From NCBI GenBank assembly GCA_038214755.1, contig JBBQRQ010000007.1, positions 1 to 64,000 of the forward strand: a stretch of 64,000 bases of DNA, read 5' to 3'. The position numbers and the translations under genes are program-made. The stretch comes from Verrucomicrobiota bacterium (GTDB lineage Bacteria; Verrucomicrobiota; Verrucomicrobiia; Limisphaerales; CANJXF01). Numbering within the stretch: the first letter of the stretch is position 1; each line of letters opens with the position of its first letter. Positions 60,253-64,000 of the stretch are shown one piece after another. Below the pieces are notes generated by a model. The model did no database searches. It worked only from the letters and a program-made list of their open reading frames with translations, and had not been told where the DNA came from.

Positions 60253-63200
60253 ATGGCAGTGATTTGCCCAATCCTTTTCTGCATTTTTGGTGCGGCGCTC
60301 GGGGTGGCTCACGCGGAAGCCGCGTTGCGCCCGCCAGTGCATCCGCGCCGCAACGTGGAGGATTTTCCGGTGGTGCCGGCCAAGTACGTTCGCTTCACAA
60401 TTCTCAAGGCCACCAGTAGCGAGCCTTGCTTGGATGAACTAGAGATTTATCCCGAGGAGGACGCAACGCGCAACATTGCGCTGGCCAAGGGCGGCGCGCG
60501 GGCGACGGCTTCAGGCTCTTTGCCGGGTTTCCAGATTCACCAACTCGAATTCGTCAATGACGGAAGATATGGAAACGGCCATAGCTGGATCGCCGATAAA
60601 GCCAGTGCCTGGGTCCAAATCGAACTTCCGGAGGTGGCGCTTATCAACCGCGTGGTTTGGGGTCGTGACCGCGAGAACAATTTCGTCGACCGCTTGGCGG
60701 TGGAGTATGGCATTGAGGTATCTACCAACGGCAGCACTTGGTGCCCCGTCGCTTCCTCCGCTGACCGGTCGCCGTTGGTCATAGGCGGAACGTTCGCCGG
60801 AGTCCAACCCATGACACGGCAAATCGTGACTCGGTTCGCGCCTGTCAATAGCAGCTTCTCATTCGAATCGCAGAACAACTCCCCCGATTACAGAATCGAC
60901 CGCTGGCAGACCGAGGACGGCCTGCCGGGGAATACGGTGACTTCGATACTTCAGACGCGCGACGGGTATCTCTGGATTGGTACGTTTGGCGGGTTGGCGC
61001 GGTTTGACGGGGTGCGGTTCAAACGATTTGGCGAGGCGGAGGGACTGAAGAACAATCGCGTTCTCTGCCTGTGCGAAGATCGGCAGGGCAACCTCTGGGT
61101 GGGCAGCGAGGGCGGCGGGCTTTTTCAACTTCGTGACGGTGTGTTTACTGAACTGACGACCCGCGACGGTCTGCGGCACGATGTCGTCACGGCGTTGGCG
61201 GAGGGCCGGAGCGGCCGCCTTTGGATTGGAACCTACGCTGGCCTACAGTGCTGGCAGGAAGGACACTTTGTTATGGACCCAGCGGAACCGTTTCAGTCTT
61301 CCTTCCCGGTGACGCGGTTGCTCGTGGACCGCGCTGGCACGGTCTGGATGGTCGTTAACGGTCAGTTGCGCACGGTGGTGGCCGGGCACGTGGTCACTCC
61401 CAAACTGGGGGGTGAACCGAGCGGTCAACTGGCGATCTCCGCGCTGCACGAAGGCAAATCAGGGCAGCTCTGGCTCGGCGGCAACAGTGGATATGTGGCG
61501 TCGTCTAGCAACGGCGTCCTGAGGGTCTTACCACTGCCGCAGGAAATGCCGCCTGACAATATTTGGGAAGTGCTGGAGGCAGGGACTGGCGACATATGGA
61601 TGGGCACCGCCTCGAGTGGCTTGCGGCGCTGGCGCAACGACCGCGTTTTGGCGCTCACCACCCAAGAGGGGATGGCTGAGAATTCCGTACGTTGCCTCTT
61701 TGAAGATCGGGAAGGAAACCTTTGGGTGGGCACCAATGGCGGGGGACTACAGCGGCTCAAGCCGAAAACTCTTCGACTCGTGACCACTCGTGATGGGCTG
61801 GCCCACAACGTCGTGATGTCACTCGCCGAAGAGGGTAGTGGGGAGTTGTGGATTGGTTCTAATTGTGGGGGGCTGAGCGCGCGACGCAAAGGAGTATTCA
61901 CTCCCGCATACTTGAACTACCTGCTCGACAATGAATGCATTTGGTCGGTGCTAAGCGCTCGGGACGGTGCGCTGTGGGTGGGCACTTGGAACAACGGACT
62001 GTTTCGCAAAACTGGGGAAAAGCTGGAGCAGTTTAAATTGGCCAACTCCTACAGCGATGAACCAGTGCTGGCGTTATGCGAAGACCGCAACGAAGGAATG
62101 TGGGTGGGAACCTACCAGGACGGGCTGAAATTTTTTCGGGACGGCAAGTTTACCTCGTATCGCATAACAAATGGATTGTCGGCAAATTTCGTTACGGCGT
62201 TGGTGCAGGACGTGAAGAGTAGGCTTTGGATTGGGACGGCCGGGGGCGGACTAAATTGTTTCGCGGACGGCGTGTTCAAAGTCCTGAAGCGCCGAGACGG
62301 ATTGGGCAGCGATTTCATTCGCGCTCTCCACATTGACGCGAATGGAGTGCTCTGGATTGGCACAGGCGGAGGCGGAGTGAGCCGGCTAAAGGACGGGGAG
62401 TTAAAGACGATCAGCACCCGCCAAGGGCTGCTTGATGATGTTATCTCGCAAATTCTTGAGGACGACAATGGTCATTTTTGGTTCGGTTCGAATCGTGGCA
62501 TTTTCTACGTGTCCAAGGCGGAATTAGAGCGGGTAGCCGAGGGACGTGTAGGCTCACTTAATCCCATCACCTTTGGAAAAGCGGAGGGAATGGAGAATCT
62601 CGAATGCACCGGCGGCTTCTGCCCGGCGGGCCTGAAGACACGAGACGGCAGGTTATGGTTTTCGACAGTCAAGGGACTGGTGACCATTGACCCGAAAAAC
62701 ATTCGCAGCAACGATTTGCCTCCGCCGGTTGTCATCGAGCAGGTCATTGTTGACGGGGTTCCCGCAGAAGTTGATGTAAAGAGGCTCACTTCTCAGATCC
62801 GAAACTCGAAATTGGAGATTCGAAATCGTCGGGGCATGTATGCATCGAATAATACGACTTTGAGAATTCACCCCCGGGCAAAACGCGTCGAGTTGCATTA
62901 TACCGCGCTGAGTTTCACTTCACCGGAGAAGGTGCGGTTTCGCTACCGACTTGACGGTCTTGATTCGGACTGGGTAGAAGCCGACGGACGACGTATCGCG
63001 CAGTATCCATTTCTGCCGCCGGGACCGTACCGGTTCCGCGTTACCGCCTGCAACGAGGACGGCGTCTGGAGCCAGAGCGAGGCAGTGCTGGCGCTAACCT
63101 GCCTGCCGGCTCTCTGGCAGACTTGGTGGGTTCGGCTGCTGGGGGCCGCGCTAGTGTTGGGCGGAGCTGGTTGGACTGTGAAAGTGGGGGCAACGCACCG

Positions 63201-63879
63201 GCTGCAGCGTAGGCTCACGCTGCTCCAGCAGCAGCACGCGCTTGAGCAGGAACGGACGCGGATTGCCCGGGACATTCACGACGAGCTGGGTGCTTCGCTC
63301 ACGGAAATTTCTCTGTTGAGCGATCATTGCCGGAAACGCCTCGACCGGCCTGGAGAAGTGGCGGTCGATTTACAGAGGATTTCCACCACCGCGCGAGAAG
63401 CCGTGCAAACTGCGGATGGCATCGTTTGGGCGGTCAATCCCCGAAATGATTCGCTTGATCACCTAGCCAACTACCTCGTCCACTTTGCCGAGGACTTCTT
63501 CCGGCTGACAAACATTCGGTGTCGTTTGGATGTGCCAGCCGACTGGCCGCAAATTCCCCTACCTATGCAACATCGGCACCATTTGCTATTGGCGGTTAAG
63601 GAGGCTTGCAATAATGTCGCACGCCATTCTGAGGCGTCTGAAGTGTGGCTGCGCATGACGCTGACAGACCAGGAATTCAGCATCGAGGTTCGAGATAACG
63701 GTCAGGGGTTCCGACCTGAATCAAAACCGGAAGATAGTGACGGTTTAATCAATATGCGTGAGCGCATGGCAGATCTGGGTGGGCGATTGGAACTATCCAG
63801 CGAAGCAGGTCGGGGAACGTCGGTGAAGTTGATTGCGCCACTGAACCAACTCAACTCATTCACATGTCCATCCGTGTAA
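60253..63879 (+). CDS. Two-component sensor histidine kinase (discoidin-like N-terminus, beta-propeller repeats, Y_Y_Y, HisKA_3, HATPase)
   Basis: Repeated D..G.LWIGT..GL; FRYRL.G.D..W; ERTRIARDIHDELG; VRDNGQGF, GL.NMRER. Confidence 0.95.
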   Translation: MAVICPILFCIFGAALGVAHAEAALRPPVHPRRNVEDFPVVPAKYVRFTILKATSSEPCLDELEIYPEEDATRNIALAKGGARATASGSLPGFQIHQLEFVNDGRYGNGHSWIADKASAWVQIELPEVALINRVVWGRDRENNFVDRLAVEYGIEVSTNGSTWCPVASSADRSPLVIGGTFAGVQPMTRQIVTRFAPVNSSFSFESQNNSPDYRIDRWQTEDGLPGNTVTSILQTRDGYLWIGTFGGLARFDGVRFKRFGEAEGLKNNRVLCLCEDRQGNLWVGSEGGGLFQLRDGVFTELTTRDGLRHDVVTALAEGRSGRLWIGTYAGLQCWQEGHFVMDPAEPFQSSFPVTRLLVDRAGTVWMVVNGQLRTVVAGHVVTPKLGGEPSGQLAISALHEGKSGQLWLGGNSGYVASSSNGVLRVLPLPQEMPPDNIWEVLEAGTGDIWMGTASSGLRRWRNDRVLALTTQEGMAENSVRCLFEDREGNLWVGTNGGGLQRLKPKTLRLVTTRDGLAHNVVMSLAEEGSGELWIGSNCGGLSARRKGVFTPAYLNYLLDNECIWSVLSARDGALWVGTWNNGLFRKTGEKLEQFKLANSYSDEPVLALCEDRNEGMWVGTYQDGLKFFRDGKFTSYRITNGLSANFVTALVQDVKSRLWIGTAGGGLNCFADGVFKVLKRRDGLGSDFIRALHIDANGVLWIGTGGGGVSRLKDGELKTISTRQGLLDDVISQILEDDNGHFWFGSNRGIFYVSKAELERVAEGRVGSLNPITFGKAEGMENLECTGGFCPAGLKTRDGRLWFSTVKGLVTIDPKNIRSNDLPPPVVIEQVIVDGVPAEVDVKRLTSQIRNSKLEIRNRRGMYASNNTTLRIHPRAKRVELHYTALSFTSPEKVRFRYRLDGLDSDWVEADGRRIAQYPFLPPGPYRFRVTACNEDGVWSQSEAVLALTCLPALWQTWWVRLLGAALVLGGAGWTVKVGATHRLQRRLTLLQQQHALEQERTRIARDIHDELGASLTEISLLSDHCRKRLDRPGEVAVDLQRISTTAREAVQTADGIVWAVNPRNDSLDHLANYLVHFAEDFFRLTNIRCRLDVPADWPQIPLPMQHRHHLLLAVKEACNNVARHSEASEVWLRMTLTDQEFSIEVRDNGQGFRPESKPEDSDGLINMRERMADLGGRLELSSEAGRGTSVKLIAPLNQLNSFTCPSV

Positions 63880-64000
63880 CTATCGTCGAAGATGAAGCTC
63901 GCGTGCGGGCCCAGTTGGCGAGAATAATCACCGAAGCCCAGGGGTTCAGTTGTCAGGGCATCTTCGGTTCAGCCGAGCAGGGTTTGCAAGAGATTCCGCG
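63864..64000 (+). CDS. Response regulator (NarL-like), truncated by the window edge
   Basis: MSIRVTIVEDEARVR...GFSCQG..GSAEQ; overlaps the kinase stop. Confidence 0.85.
   Translation, partial: MSIRVTIVEDEARVRAQLARIITEAQGFSCQGIFGSAEQGLQEIP

Overview
Bacterial window, most likely Verrucomicrobiota/PVC (inferred from PSD1-planctomycete cytochrome c, DUF1501, PVC-type CxxCH dehydrogenase, prepilin/H-X9-DG-type and W-S...LE.S.DL..W C-terminal domains). It has three blocks. (1) 731-51731: about 51 kb of almost exclusively minus-strand catabolic and secreted-protein genes (amino-sugar-acid-like catabolic operon, esterases, deacetylase, MFS, pilin-like protein, large repeat protein), divergent from a GntR regulator and scarred by IS630 and IS3 remnants. 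(2) 53009-60160: a mobile module with a degenerate RuvC-like gene, an XRE regulator, a small unannotated ORF and a large serine recombinase (LSR). The recombinase's 3' end contains an att-like site that recurs twice downstream (56044, 57210, 59724). Each copy is followed by an in-frame alternative recombinase C-terminal tail and HicA-family cargo, so this is a candidate serine-recombinase cassette array and the most interesting signal in the window. (3) 60253-64000: a beta-propeller sensor kinase and the start of its response regulator. No rRNA, tRNA or CRISPR array was recognised. All family calls come from motif recognition by eye, not from database searches.
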